Shown: piece after piece, positions 20,629 to 29,258 of the stretch
Layout: every line of letters begins with the position of its first letter
How positions within the stretch are numbered: the stretch's first letter is position 1
Source of the DNA: Clostridia bacterium
Lineage (GTDB): Bacteria > Bacillota > Clostridia > CAKSNL01 > HGM11501
Assembly: GCA_045545475.1 (NCBI GenBank)
Contig: JAZQAZ010000024.1
Coordinates: 1 to 62,749, forward strand
DNA length: 62,749 nt
Direction: 5' to 3'
Program-made: the position numbers and the translations under genes
The notes under the pieces: generated by a model
The model's database searches: none
What the model saw: only the letters and a program-made list of their open reading frames with translations
Told to the model about the DNA's origin: nothing

Positions 20629-21852
20629 TCATTTGGAAAGAACCAAATGGCAGGGCATTCCGTTTTCGTATACGGGATAGCTTTCGCCCATAATTAAAGG
20701 TCTTGCATATTTTATAAATTCTTCCGTAATGCCGTTACCCTCGGAATTAATGTATTCAGAAGGAACCATCTTTTCCTCGTTTGCGATTTTGGATATATCC
20801 ATTGCTTCAAACTTTATTTTATAGTCGCCGCATCTTACATAGCCCATCATTTTGCCTGTTGTGCCTGAAAGTGCCTCACGGAAAGCCGCACTTCCGTTTG
20901 CCAGGGCTTCTTCAACGTCCGTCTTGCTCTGTAAGTGAGCAGCACATCTCTGGAAGACGTTTAATTCCACCGCTCTTGCCTTTACGCCGATTTTCTCTCT
21001 TACGGCATTTTCCAGTACTTTTCCGGAGCCGCTTAAATACTTGTGTCCGAAATTGTCAACCGCGCCTGATGCTGTGCTTTCGCAGACATATACGCCCGAC
21101 GCATCCTTGATTCCCTCTGATATTGCAACAAGAACAACCTTTTTCTCTGACAAGCATTTTTTTACATCTGATAAAAATTTATCCATTGAAAAAGGAACTT
21201 CCGGAAGGTAGATAAGGTCGGGCGACGTGCAAGTTTCGTCCTTTGCAAGGGCACTTGCCGCCGTAAGCCAGCCTGCATTTCTTCCCATAACTTCTACGAT
21301 TAAAACGCTTTCAAGGTCGTATACGTTGGTATCACGGTGCATTTCCTTGACGGCTGTCGCAACGAATTTTGCCGCACTTCCGTAGCCGGGGCAATGGTCG
21401 GTCATAGCCAGGTCATTGTCGATGGTTTTCGGAATACCCATTATATAAATTTCATAATCCTTTGTTTTTGCATATTCACTTAAACGGTAAACCGTATCCA
21501 TGGAATCGTTTCCGCCGATATAGAAAAAGTATCTTATGTTATGCTTTTCAAAAATTTCAAAAACCTTGTCATAAACCGAAGAATCCTTATCAGGCTTCGG
21601 CATTTTATAACGGCAGGAGCCAAGGTATGCAGAAGGTGTGTGAATAAGCTTTTCGAGATTGCCTTCCTTGGAAAAGGTTTCGCCTAAATCCGTGAATTTT
21701 TCTTTTAATAAACCTTCAATTCCGTTTACCATACCGAGGATTTTACCCTCGAAATCTGAAGTAAGTGCTTCTTTTATAACACCCGCCAATGATGCATTTA
21801 TTGCCGCAGTGGGGCCACCCGACTGTCCTATTACCATATTACCTTTAATCAT
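20629..21852 (-). CDS. 6-phosphofructokinase, probably PPi-dependent
   Basis: GQSGGPT, GGNDS (Asp at the donor-specificity position), PKTIDND, EVMGR. Confidence 0.9.
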   Translation of the reverse strand: MIKGNMVIGQSGGPTAAINASLAGVIKEALTSDFEGKILGMVNGIEGLLKEKFTDLGETFSKEGNLEKLIHTPSAYLGSCRYKMPKPDKDSSVYDKVFEIFEKHNIRYFFYIGGNDSMDTVYRLSEYAKTKDYEIYIMGIPKTIDNDLAMTDHCPGYGSAAKFVATAVKEMHRDTNVYDLESVLIVEVMGRNAGWLTAASALAKDETCTSPDLIYLPEVPFSMDKFLSDVKKCLSEKKVVLVAISEGIKDASGVYVCESTASGAVDNFGHKYLSGSGKVLENAVREKIGVKARAVELNVFQRCAAHLQSKTDVEEALANGSAAFREALSGTTGKMMGYVRCGDYKIKFEAMDISKIANEEKMVPSEYINSEGNGITEEFIKYARPLIMGESYPVYENGMPCHLVLSK

Positions 21853-22003
21853 ACCTGTCGCCTCCGATAATTATTCTTATAACATTATATCAAAAATTTA
21901 TAAAAATTCAATATTTTACTTGAAGAAATTAAAATTTGTGGTAAAATATATAAAGAAGTATATAATATTTCAAGATAATTTGTTAAAGAAAGGAACAGCT
22001 TTT

Positions 22004-22486
22004 ATGAAAGAATACAGCAAAGTTATTTTTGAAACCGAAGAAAAGGACTATTTCTGCCTGTGGTTTACCGACATCAATTCAGGTTTTGTCACCGAAGAGG
22101 ATCACGTTGCCTGCTTCCGTGATGAGGATGTTTTCGATGCATATTGTAAGGCTAAAGGCTTCACACCCAAAGACACCATGCTTTTTGATCTCTCCTCTCT
22201 CTTAAGCTTTGCTATCGGCAAGGATAACGATTTTGACGCATCAACCCTTCTTAATTTCTGGAACATATGCTCAGACCTCGCTTTTACCTTAAAGCTTGAT
22301 TTCGTGGGCGACGATGATAATGAAACCTTATCCGAAATTTATGATACGCTGTTCTTTTTGGAAACTGCGGACGATGACGAGGTTTCCGAGGAAGATGCCA
22401 CCATTACGGAGGATGATTTGTCGGATTTACGCGAAATCGTAGCAGAAGGCTGCAAAATGATTATTGGAAACTTAAACGCTATATAA
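22004..22486 (+). CDS. Highly acidic hypothetical protein
   Basis: Start MKEYSK after AAAGGA; the longer ORF-track start overlaps the PFK gene. Confidence 0.75.
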   Translation: MKEYSKVIFETEEKDYFCLWFTDINSGFVTEEDHVACFRDEDVFDAYCKAKGFTPKDTMLFDLSSLLSFAIGKDNDFDASTLLNFWNICSDLAFTLKLDFVGDDDNETLSEIYDTLFFLETADDDEVSEEDATITEDDLSDLREIVAEGCKMIIGNLNAI

Positions 22487-22493
22487 AATGCCG

Positions 22494-22533
22494 AAAAGAA
22501 TAAAGAACGCCCCTGCGGTCTTTATTCTTTTTT
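22494..22533 (+). terminator. Intrinsic terminator
   Basis: aaaagaataaaga...tctttattctttt plus T-run. Confidence 0.65.
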
Positions 22534-22537
22534 CATA

Positions 22538-22566
22538 TTTACAAAATTCAAGAAAAGTTGTATAAT
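22538..22566 (+). promoter_or_regulatory. Sigma-A promoter for rlmH
   Basis: TTTACA-17 nt-TATAAT. Confidence 0.65.
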
Positions 22567-22584
22567 AAGCTTGAGGTTTTAAGT

Positions 22585-23064
22585 ATGAAAATTAAATTAA
22601 TTTGCGTCGGCAAGCAGAAGGAATCATTCTTCAAGGATGCCGCCGCCGAATATATAAAAAGACTTTCCCGCTTTCACAAGCTGGAAATAATAGAGATAGC
22701 CGAAGAGCTTAAGAAAGAAAATCCCTCGGAGGGTGAAATTGAAAAGGCACTTTCCGATGAGGCTGAAAAAATATTAAAGTCTGTGGGAAAAGGTGCATAT
22801 ATCGTTTCCCTTGCCATAGAAGGAAAGCAGATTTCAAGTGAGGACTTAGCTGATACCCTAAAGGGTTTAAGCGACAGCGGAACAAGCGAAGCTGACTTTA
22901 TAATAGGCGGCTCCCACGGTCTTTCAAAGGATGTTTTATCCTCCTCTGACTTTCTTTTAAGCTTTTCAAAAATGACATTTACCAAAGAGATGGCACGGGT
23001 TATATTTTTAGAACAGCTTTACCGTGCATCCAAAATCTCTGCGGGAGAAACCTATCACAAATAA
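22585..23064 (+). CDS. rlmH: 23S rRNA (pseudouridine1915-N3)-methyltransferase
   Basis: MKIKLICVGK, FIIGGSHG, SFSKMTF, LEQLYRA, YHK terminus. Confidence 0.95.
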   Translation: MKIKLICVGKQKESFFKDAAAEYIKRLSRFHKLEIIEIAEELKKENPSEGEIEKALSDEAEKILKSVGKGAYIVSLAIEGKQISSEDLADTLKGLSDSGTSEADFIIGGSHGLSKDVLSSSDFLLSFSKMTFTKEMARVIFLEQLYRASKISAGETYHK

Positions 23065-23076
23065 GGAGCGTTAAAA

Positions 23077-24024
23077 ATGGAACTGGCATTAAAGGTAGGC
23101 ATTCAGGTTATTATAATTTTCATTTATATGACCATCGGCTTCATCCTTTCAAAAACCAAAAAAATAAATACTGACGGTGTAAAGCAGGTTACAAATATCC
23201 TTCTTTTAATTGTTACACCCTGTGTTCTTATAAAATCCTATCAGGAAAAAATTGCCGAATTCAGCCCTGATTTGTTAATGGGGCTGGGCATCTCTGCCCT
23301 TCTTGCGATTTTAATTCACTTTGTTGCAATAGGCATAAGTTCACTCATTTACCGCAAGGAAGAAAGCGGCATATACAAGGTTAACCTCTTTTCTGCAGTT
23401 TACTCAAACTGCGGTTTTATGGCTATTCCCCTTCTTTCATCAACGCTCGGAAGTGACGGAGTATTTTACGGAAGTGCATATCTTGCAACCTTCACTATAT
23501 TTTACTGGATACACGGCGTAATCGTATTTACGGGAACAAGAAAATCCATCACATTAAAATCGGCATTTTTAAATCCCGGCGTAATCGGTACTGCCGTTGC
23601 AATGCTTTTATTCCTTCCCAAAATCACACTTCCCGAAATTGCAATGGAAGCGGTAAGCGGCATTGCGGGCTTGAACACTCCCCTTTCAATGATGATACTG
23701 GGAACTTATCTTGCAAATATCAGCATTAAAAAGGCGTTAAGCCGCCCTTCACTTTATTCGGTATCCTTTTTAAGGCTTTTGTTTATACCCCTTGTATCTG
23801 CAGTTTTAGTTTTCCTTTTAAGGTTTATTTTCCCCATCGACACAGTAATTGCAAATGCAATTTTAATTCCCGCTGCCTGTCCCGTTGCAGCAATTTCGGT
23901 GCTTTTTTCCACAAAGTTTGACGCTGATGCCTACTACGCTTCGGAGCTTGTGGCGATAACCACATTAATTTCAATTGCAACCATCCCCTCGGTTATAGCG
24001 ATTTCGTCGCTGTTTATTAAGTAA
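23077..24024 (+). CDS. AEC (auxin efflux carrier) family transporter
   Basis: Multiple TM helices; YSNCGFMAIPL, NPGVIG, TPLSMMILG. Confidence 0.9.
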   Translation: MELALKVGIQVIIIFIYMTIGFILSKTKKINTDGVKQVTNILLLIVTPCVLIKSYQEKIAEFSPDLLMGLGISALLAILIHFVAIGISSLIYRKEESGIYKVNLFSAVYSNCGFMAIPLLSSTLGSDGVFYGSAYLATFTIFYWIHGVIVFTGTRKSITLKSAFLNPGVIGTAVAMLLFLPKITLPEIAMEAVSGIAGLNTPLSMMILGTYLANISIKKALSRPSLYSVSFLRLLFIPLVSAVLVFLLRFIFPIDTVIANAILIPAACPVAAISVLFSTKFDADAYYASELVAITTLISIATIPSVIAISSLFIK

Positions 24025-24068
24025 TAAGCAAAGAGTATGACCCCTCTTTGTTTATAATAAAATTTATC

Positions 24069-24097
24069 GGCGCTACATCCTTTAAGGAGCAGCAGCC
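24069..24097 (+). promoter_or_regulatory. Candidate cis-regulatory hairpin (pan-motif-like) next to the RBS
   Basis: GGC-GCU-AC-A-UCCU-UUA-AGGA-GC-AGC-A-GCC stem with unpaired As directly before AAGGAGG. Confidence 0.4.
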
Positions 24098-24112
24098 AAG
24101 GAGGTTTTAATT

Positions 24113-24694
24113 ATGAATAACAAAAGGTCAATGTCAACAGAAAAAATGGTTTTTGTGGCAATTATGACAGCACTTGTCGTATTGCTTCAGACAATGGCGA
24201 TTGTCACCAGGATGTTTGGATTATTTTCTTTTTCCTTCGTCCTCGTTCCGATTGTTTTGGGCGCCGCAGTGGCAGGTCCAACAGCCGGAGCCTGGCTCGG
24301 ATTCGTCTTCGGACTTATGGTTTTCATAACCGGAGATGCAGGAGCATTTTTAGCCGTAGACGTTCTCGGAACAATCATTACCGTTATGGTAAAAGGTGTA
24401 CTTGCCGGTCTTATCGCAGGACTTGTTTACAAGATGCTGTCACGTTTTAACACATATGGTGCTGTGCTGGCTTCTGCGGCAATATGTCCTATCGTTAACA
24501 CAGGTATATTTTTACTCGGATGTAAGCTTTTCTTTTACGAAACTATCGTAGAATGGGGCGTAGCCGCGGGCTTTGAATCCGTAGGAAAATATATGATTAT
24601 AGGGCTTGTTGGAACAAACTTTATAGTTGAATTTGCAATAAACCTTATCTTAAGCCCGGTAATTTTAAGACTATTAAAAATCAAAAAAGCGTAA
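24113..24694 (+). CDS. ECF transporter S component (PanT-like)
   Basis: About six TM helices; AIMTAL, VPIVLGA..GP.AGAWLGFVFG, CPIVNTG. Confidence 0.85.
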   Translation: MNNKRSMSTEKMVFVAIMTALVVLLQTMAIVTRMFGLFSFSFVLVPIVLGAAVAGPTAGAWLGFVFGLMVFITGDAGAFLAVDVLGTIITVMVKGVLAGLIAGLVYKMLSRFNTYGAVLASAAICPIVNTGIFLLGCKLFFYETIVEWGVAAGFESVGKYMIIGLVGTNFIVEFAINLILSPVILRLLKIKKA

Positions 24695-24732
24695 TAAAAA
24701 GCGATTGACCGTTGGTCAATCGCTTTTTATTA
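24692..24732. terminator. Bidirectional terminator
   Basis: taataaaaagcgattgacc-gtt-ggtcaatcgctttttatta between convergent genes. Confidence 0.85.
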
Positions 24733-25195
24733 TGCTCCAGGCTTCTTTTAGTTTTTCTAACGAAAAGCTTGCATTTGCAGGTGATGTGGACGGAAGGCAG
24801 ATTGCTTTCCGTCCTAATTTTTTCTCCGTATATTTTATATAATACTTTTCAGCCGTTTTTCCGTTGACGAAAATTTTTGCAACCTTTGAGTTTTTTATAA
24901 TCTCGGATAAGTCATTTGCAACTGCATTTTTAATGGTGCTGTCGGCACTTCCCTCTATGTCGCAGGAGGCTAAAACGTCCCACAAGGCAAGGTTGTGCCT
25001 TAAAACAAAGCTTCGCTTTTCCTCTATGGTTAAGGGCGTATCCTCCCCGAAAACAAGGGCTAAAACGTGCCAGAAGCGGTTTTGCGGATGGCCGTAGAAA
25101 AACATCTGTTCACGACTTTTAACCGAAGGGAAACTGCCTAAAATAAGCACCCTTGAGTTTTCGTCATAAAGCGGCGGTATTGGGTGTTTTATCAT
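24716..25195 (-). CDS. DNA-deoxyinosine (hypoxanthine) glycosylase, UDG superfamily
   Basis: LILGSFPSVKS, YGHPQNRFW, LWDV, LPSTSPANA. Confidence 0.92.
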   Translation of the reverse strand: MIKHPIPPLYDENSRVLILGSFPSVKSREQMFFYGHPQNRFWHVLALVFGEDTPLTIEEKRSFVLRHNLALWDVLASCDIEGSADSTIKNAVANDLSEIIKNSKVAKIFVNGKTAEKYYIKYTEKKLGRKAICLPSTSPANASFSLEKLKEAWSIIKSD

Positions 25196-25207
25196 TTAAT
25201 CACCTTC

Positions 25208-26062
25208 TTATATTCCATTGGGAGAAAAGGGCTCCTCCAATGTAAAATGCCCACCGAATTGCGGATTTTCTTCTCCTTCAATATTTATCTTAACCATTTC
25301 GATTCCTTCAACTTCGCAAAGGCTTTTCACTATGGACATAATTGCCATATATTCTTTGGTTGAGCCTCCCGTGTTATGCTCTCTGAATTCTGAAGAGAAA
25401 TCTATCGTACAAAGTCCGTCCTTTGTGGTAACTGAAATAACGGTTATATTTCCGTACAAGGAAGGGTTGAGTTCCTCGCTTTCGGGCCCTTTCATCAACT
25501 CGCTTAATATGCTTTTTTCGATACTTCCTCTGATATGGATTTCTCTTACCTCTTTTTCAAGATTCATAACATCCTTATCAGGAAAATAAAGTGTGACTTT
25601 CGCTTTTTCCGAAACAATGAATTCCAGACTGTAAATTTTCTTATCAAAATCTCCGGTTTCCCGAAAATCCATAACTTCTTTGTTTATGCGGTATTTACCG
25701 GGTTCAAGCTTTCCGTAAAGCCATTCCCAGTTAACCTCCATTTTTCGTTCTCCGCCCTTCGGGAGCATATAGGCAACAGAATTCCAGCTAACATTTACAT
25801 CATCAGCTACTATAAAAGGCAATTCCTTCCATTCGCCTGCTTCTTCTTTATAAAGTGCATACCAATCCCCTGTCTGAAGCTCACCGGTTTGTTTTCCGTT
25901 CATCTGATTAAAGACTATGTTCATTCCTGATGGGGTTACATTTTCTGCCGACAAGGTCAAGCCCCATTCATCTTCGGCAACTTTTACATCTTCCACCTTA
26001 ACAATCCTCGTGCAAGCTGTAAGGGTAAGTAAACTTAATAATAAAGCAATTATTTTTTTCAT
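25208..26062 (-). CDS. Lipoprotein with Ig-like and GerMN domains
   Basis: Lipobox LTAC; YGKLEPGKYRI; TLYFPD...ELMKGP...GGST.E...SIVKSL. Confidence 0.85.
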   Translation of the reverse strand: MKKIIALLLSLLTLTACTRIVKVEDVKVAEDEWGLTLSAENVTPSGMNIVFNQMNGKQTGELQTGDWYALYKEEAGEWKELPFIVADDVNVSWNSVAYMLPKGGERKMEVNWEWLYGKLEPGKYRINKEVMDFRETGDFDKKIYSLEFIVSEKAKVTLYFPDKDVMNLEKEVREIHIRGSIEKSILSELMKGPESEELNPSLYGNITVISVTTKDGLCTIDFSSEFREHNTGGSTKEYMAIMSIVKSLCEVEGIEMVKINIEGEENPQFGGHFTLEEPFSPNGI

Positions 26063-26075
26063 AGCTCTGCCTCCT

Positions 26076-26921
26076 TTATGCTATGGCTTCACTGCCCACG
26101 TTGTAATCTGTCCACGTACCCATCTGAGGCCAGGACGCAGTACAATCAGTGAAGAAGTATGCACCAAGCCCGCTGCGCCATTTTTTCGCCTCAAACTTTA
26201 TTACTGCGAGGCCGAAATACTGCTCTTCTGCATTCCGGCTGTCAGTTATGGAAAACAAAAGTCCGTCTTCCCAGTAAAGCTCATCCTTTTCAATAAAGCC
26301 CTGTTCTCTTAATTCTTCAAATGTAAGCTCTAAACATTCTTTATCGTGTGCCTTTGCAAAAATATAGCTGATTGCAGACTTTTCGCTCTCTGTAAGCTCT
26401 CCCGGTGCTTTGCTTAAGTCAATGCTTAAATATTTTATATCTCCATTTAATCCAGAATCTTTTTCCCATAAATCTTCAAGCACCTTTAAGTATAGACCGC
26501 TTAAATCATAATATGTTCCGCCGGGATTTTCTTTCGTGCCACGAGAGTGTCCGTTAATTTTTGTGCAGAAGGCTGTGATATCAGCAGGCACACCTTGCTT
26601 TTGTGGAGCATTGTTAAAATCGCCCTTGTAATAAACATCTATGGGCATACCGTCTTCCAGATTTTTAAATTCAGCCTTTTTGCCGTCAATCAAAATTTCA
26701 ATGCTTTTTGCATCAAGGAAATAGACAGAAGCTTTTTCCGTTCCCGCAAGGATAAGATTTCCGTCTTTTGCCCCGTCAATAATTTTAAGTGTTATATGTT
26801 CATACTTTTCATCAAGATATGACTCATACTTTTCAGTCGGTCCGTTCACATCTTTCGTTCCACCGCATCCCGAAAGAAATGCCATGCATACAATTAAACA
26901 TAAAACTAAGTACTTTTTCAT
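26076..26921 (-). CDS. Hypothetical lipoprotein
   Basis: Start MKKYLV after GGAGGTG; lipobox LSGC. Confidence 0.8.
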   Translation of the reverse strand: MKKYLVLCLIVCMAFLSGCGGTKDVNGPTEKYESYLDEKYEHITLKIIDGAKDGNLILAGTEKASVYFLDAKSIEILIDGKKAEFKNLEDGMPIDVYYKGDFNNAPQKQGVPADITAFCTKINGHSRGTKENPGGTYYDLSGLYLKVLEDLWEKDSGLNGDIKYLSIDLSKAPGELTESEKSAISYIFAKAHDKECLELTFEELREQGFIEKDELYWEDGLLFSITDSRNAEEQYFGLAVIKFEAKKWRSGLGAYFFTDCTASWPQMGTWTDYNVGSEAIA

Positions 26922-27007
26922 ATCGCACCTCCAAATATTATACATCAAGACATTTTTTACAAAAGTCTTTTCATATATAATACAAATTATAGTGCAAAAA
27001 GGTTGCA

Positions 27008-27277
27008 ATTACGACACATAAGGTTTAGATGCAACTTTCAAAGGCTCCCTTGTGTAAAGGGAGCTGTCTAAAGGTAAAAATTATGCCTGTAACATAATTT
27101 TTACCGATGACTGAGGGATTGTTTTTACAATTCCCTTCTTTATCCCTCTACCTATCAGCGAATTTTGCTTTTGCAAAATATCGCCTAAAGGTCCCCCTCC
27201 CTTTAGGCAAGGGAGGCTTTTTTGTTTTCGACAATGTTCGATACATCCATATTGCGAGGCATAAGGTTTAGATGCAA
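27008..27277. repeat. REP/REPIN-like composite hairpin element bracketed by a 27-bp direct repeat
   Basis: Direct repeats at 27008-27034 and 27251-27277 (identical core cataaggtttagatgcaa); internal hairpins gctccctt/aagggagc, ggtaaaaattatg/cataatttttacc, cctccctt/aagggagg. Confidence 0.75.
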
Positions 27278-27321
27278 ACACTTTTTGTTAAGTCAAGCTA
27301 AAAAAGTGCTCTTTATTTCTT

Positions 27322-28241
27322 TTATTTAAAAGCAATAATATTTTTTGCAGTATATTCGTCAGTAATTAATGTGTCAATCATTTGAGTTCTCAGAGCACCT
27401 ATGATTGCCTCCGTCTTATCTTTTCCGCTTGCAACAGCAATAGTTTGTTTCGCATTTTTTAAAGCATCTATTTCTGCACACAAAGTATTCTCGTATAATT
27501 CTACTATATTTCCGTCTTCATCGAAAAAATGCGTAGAAATGTCCCCGATTGCAGATGCACACTTCTCGTTATATCCAAAGACTTTACCAAAGATTTGTAT
27601 GATTTCTCTGCTTCCTATTCCGACAATTGCAAGATCAATATCATTCCATAAATCACAAAGACTTTTATAGCAAGAAGTTTTTTTAAAAAGCTCACAATCA
27701 CCAATACAGTCCGGTCGATAAGGGAACCATGCATATTTTACCCTTGCACTTATTTTATCTGCAAAACTCCTTGCAAGTTCATTTGACAAAAAATAGGACT
27801 GTTCCTGGTCCGTTGCACCAAAAAGAGGAAAAACAATATTATTTGTAGTCTTGATATCACTAAATTCGTAAATCAATCTCTGAATAGTACGCCCCCACGA
27901 AATCGCAATTTTCTGATTTCCTTTTTCTATTATTGATTGGATATAGGTTACTGCTTTTTTTACAGTCATTATTTGGCAAAGTTCTTCGTCAGCACTGCTC
28001 ACCCCACATATAACTGCATTTCTAATATTAAATTTATTGCAAAGTTTCTGTTCAAGTTCCTTACAATCAATCTCCGGATTGTGAATTTTGATTTCCACTA
28101 TTTTTTCTTTTATTGCATCATTTAGTAATTTCGAAACAGTTTGACGAGATAAATTCATCATTTTTGCAATCTCGTTCTGCGTGTGTTTTTTTCATAATAT
28201 AATATTGCCGCTTCCCGCATTTGTTTTTTCTCAGCATTCAT
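27322..28241 (-). pseudogene. SorC/DeoR-type sugar-binding transcriptional regulator, frameshifted in an A7 tract
   Basis: ATG at 28241 with AGGTGA RBS reads MNAEKKQMREAAILYYEK; one more A at 28186-28192 joins it to HTQNEIAKMMNLSRQTVSK and the sugar-binding domain (ISWGRT, AIVGIG, LITDE). Confidence 0.8.
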
Positions 28242-28274
28242 ACCCTATCACCTTTTGTACTCATTTTATTTATT

Positions 28275-28303
28275 ATTATAACAACTTTTTACCGCTCTGT
28301 CAA
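28275..28303 (-). promoter_or_regulatory. Sigma-A promoter for the regulator
   Basis: Exact TTGACA-17 nt-TATAAT on the minus strand. Confidence 0.8.
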
Positions 28304-28339
28304 TAAGTTAACATTTGTAATTGACAAATGTTAACTTAT
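28303..28339. promoter_or_regulatory. Operator palindrome overlapping the catabolic promoter
   Basis: Perfect 16-bp inverted repeat ataagttaacatttgt-aattg-acaaatgttaacttat. Confidence 0.8.
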
Positions 28340-28349
28340 GTGGTATAAT
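28321..28349 (+). promoter_or_regulatory. Sigma-A promoter for the sugar catabolic operon
   Basis: Exact TTGACA-17 nt-TATAAT with extended -10 TG. Confidence 0.85.
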
Positions 28350-28379
28350 AAATTAAAATCTAAAGAAGGAGCAAAAAAT

Positions 28380-29249
28380 ATGTTAGTTACTATGAAAGAA
28401 ATGCTTGCAGATGCAAAGAAAAATCACTATGCAATTCCTGCATTTGATGTAAGCAATTATGAAATGATGAAAGCAGTTTTGGAAACCTGCGAAGAAGAAA
28501 AATCTCCCGCACTTCTTATGACACTTGGTGTAGATACAGAAGGAAGAAACCTACAGCTTCTTTCCTCTATGGTCAGAGGGGCTTCTGAATATTTTAAAAT
28601 CCCAATTTGTCTGCATATGGACCATGCAACAGATATTGACTTTATTAAATACGGTTGCGACAACGGATACAGCTCTGTTATGTATGACGGTTCAGTACTT
28701 TCCTTTAATGAAAACGCAAAGAACACCGCCATTGTTACTGAATATGCTCACAAAAAGGGCATTACAGTTGAGGCGGAACTTGGACATGTCGGTAATGCAA
28801 GCGTTGGAAGCATCAGCGAAACGGGATTAGACACCGACCCCGGTGAAAGTCTTACCGTTCCTGAGGAAGTTGCAAAATTTGTAGAAATTACCGATGTTGA
28901 TGCACTTGCTGTCGCTATTGGTACATCACACGGTGTATATCAAAAGACACCGGAACTCAGAATTGACAGACTTGATGAAATAACCGCTGTATGCGACAGA
29001 CCCCTTGTACTTCACGGCGGAAGCGGAACTCCTGATGACCAGATGCAAAACGCAATTCATCACGGAATTACAAAAATAAACATTTATTCTGATGTCCTTT
29101 ATGCTCTAAATCAGGGTCTTAAAAATTATTTAAACACTATGACAAATCCCTCAACATGGCCATTCCTTGTGTATGAGGATTCTATGAAGATGATGAAAGA
29201 AGTTGTGCGCGAGAAACTCAGGACATTTGGTAGCGCAGGAAGGATATAA
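28380..29249 (+). CDS. Class II ketose-bisphosphate aldolase
   Basis: LHMDHA, VMYDGS, VEAELGHV, AIGTSHG, LVLHGGSG, KINI. Confidence 0.93.
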   Translation: MLVTMKEMLADAKKNHYAIPAFDVSNYEMMKAVLETCEEEKSPALLMTLGVDTEGRNLQLLSSMVRGASEYFKIPICLHMDHATDIDFIKYGCDNGYSSVMYDGSVLSFNENAKNTAIVTEYAHKKGITVEAELGHVGNASVGSISETGLDTDPGESLTVPEEVAKFVEITDVDALAVAIGTSHGVYQKTPELRIDRLDEITAVCDRPLVLHGGSGTPDDQMQNAIHHGITKINIYSDVLYALNQGLKNYLNTMTNPSTWPFLVYEDSMKMMKEVVREKLRTFGSAGRI

Positions 29250-29258
29250 GGTGATAAT

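Noticed and set aside
21659-22003. N-terminal extension of the acidic protein in the ORF track
   Set aside because: Overlaps the PFK gene and its promoter region; the RBS supports ATG at 22004
27008-27034. dif/Xer site or integron attC
   Set aside because: The TAA...TTATG spacing is 3 bp rather than 6, and there is no canonical GTTRRRY/RYYYAAC pairing
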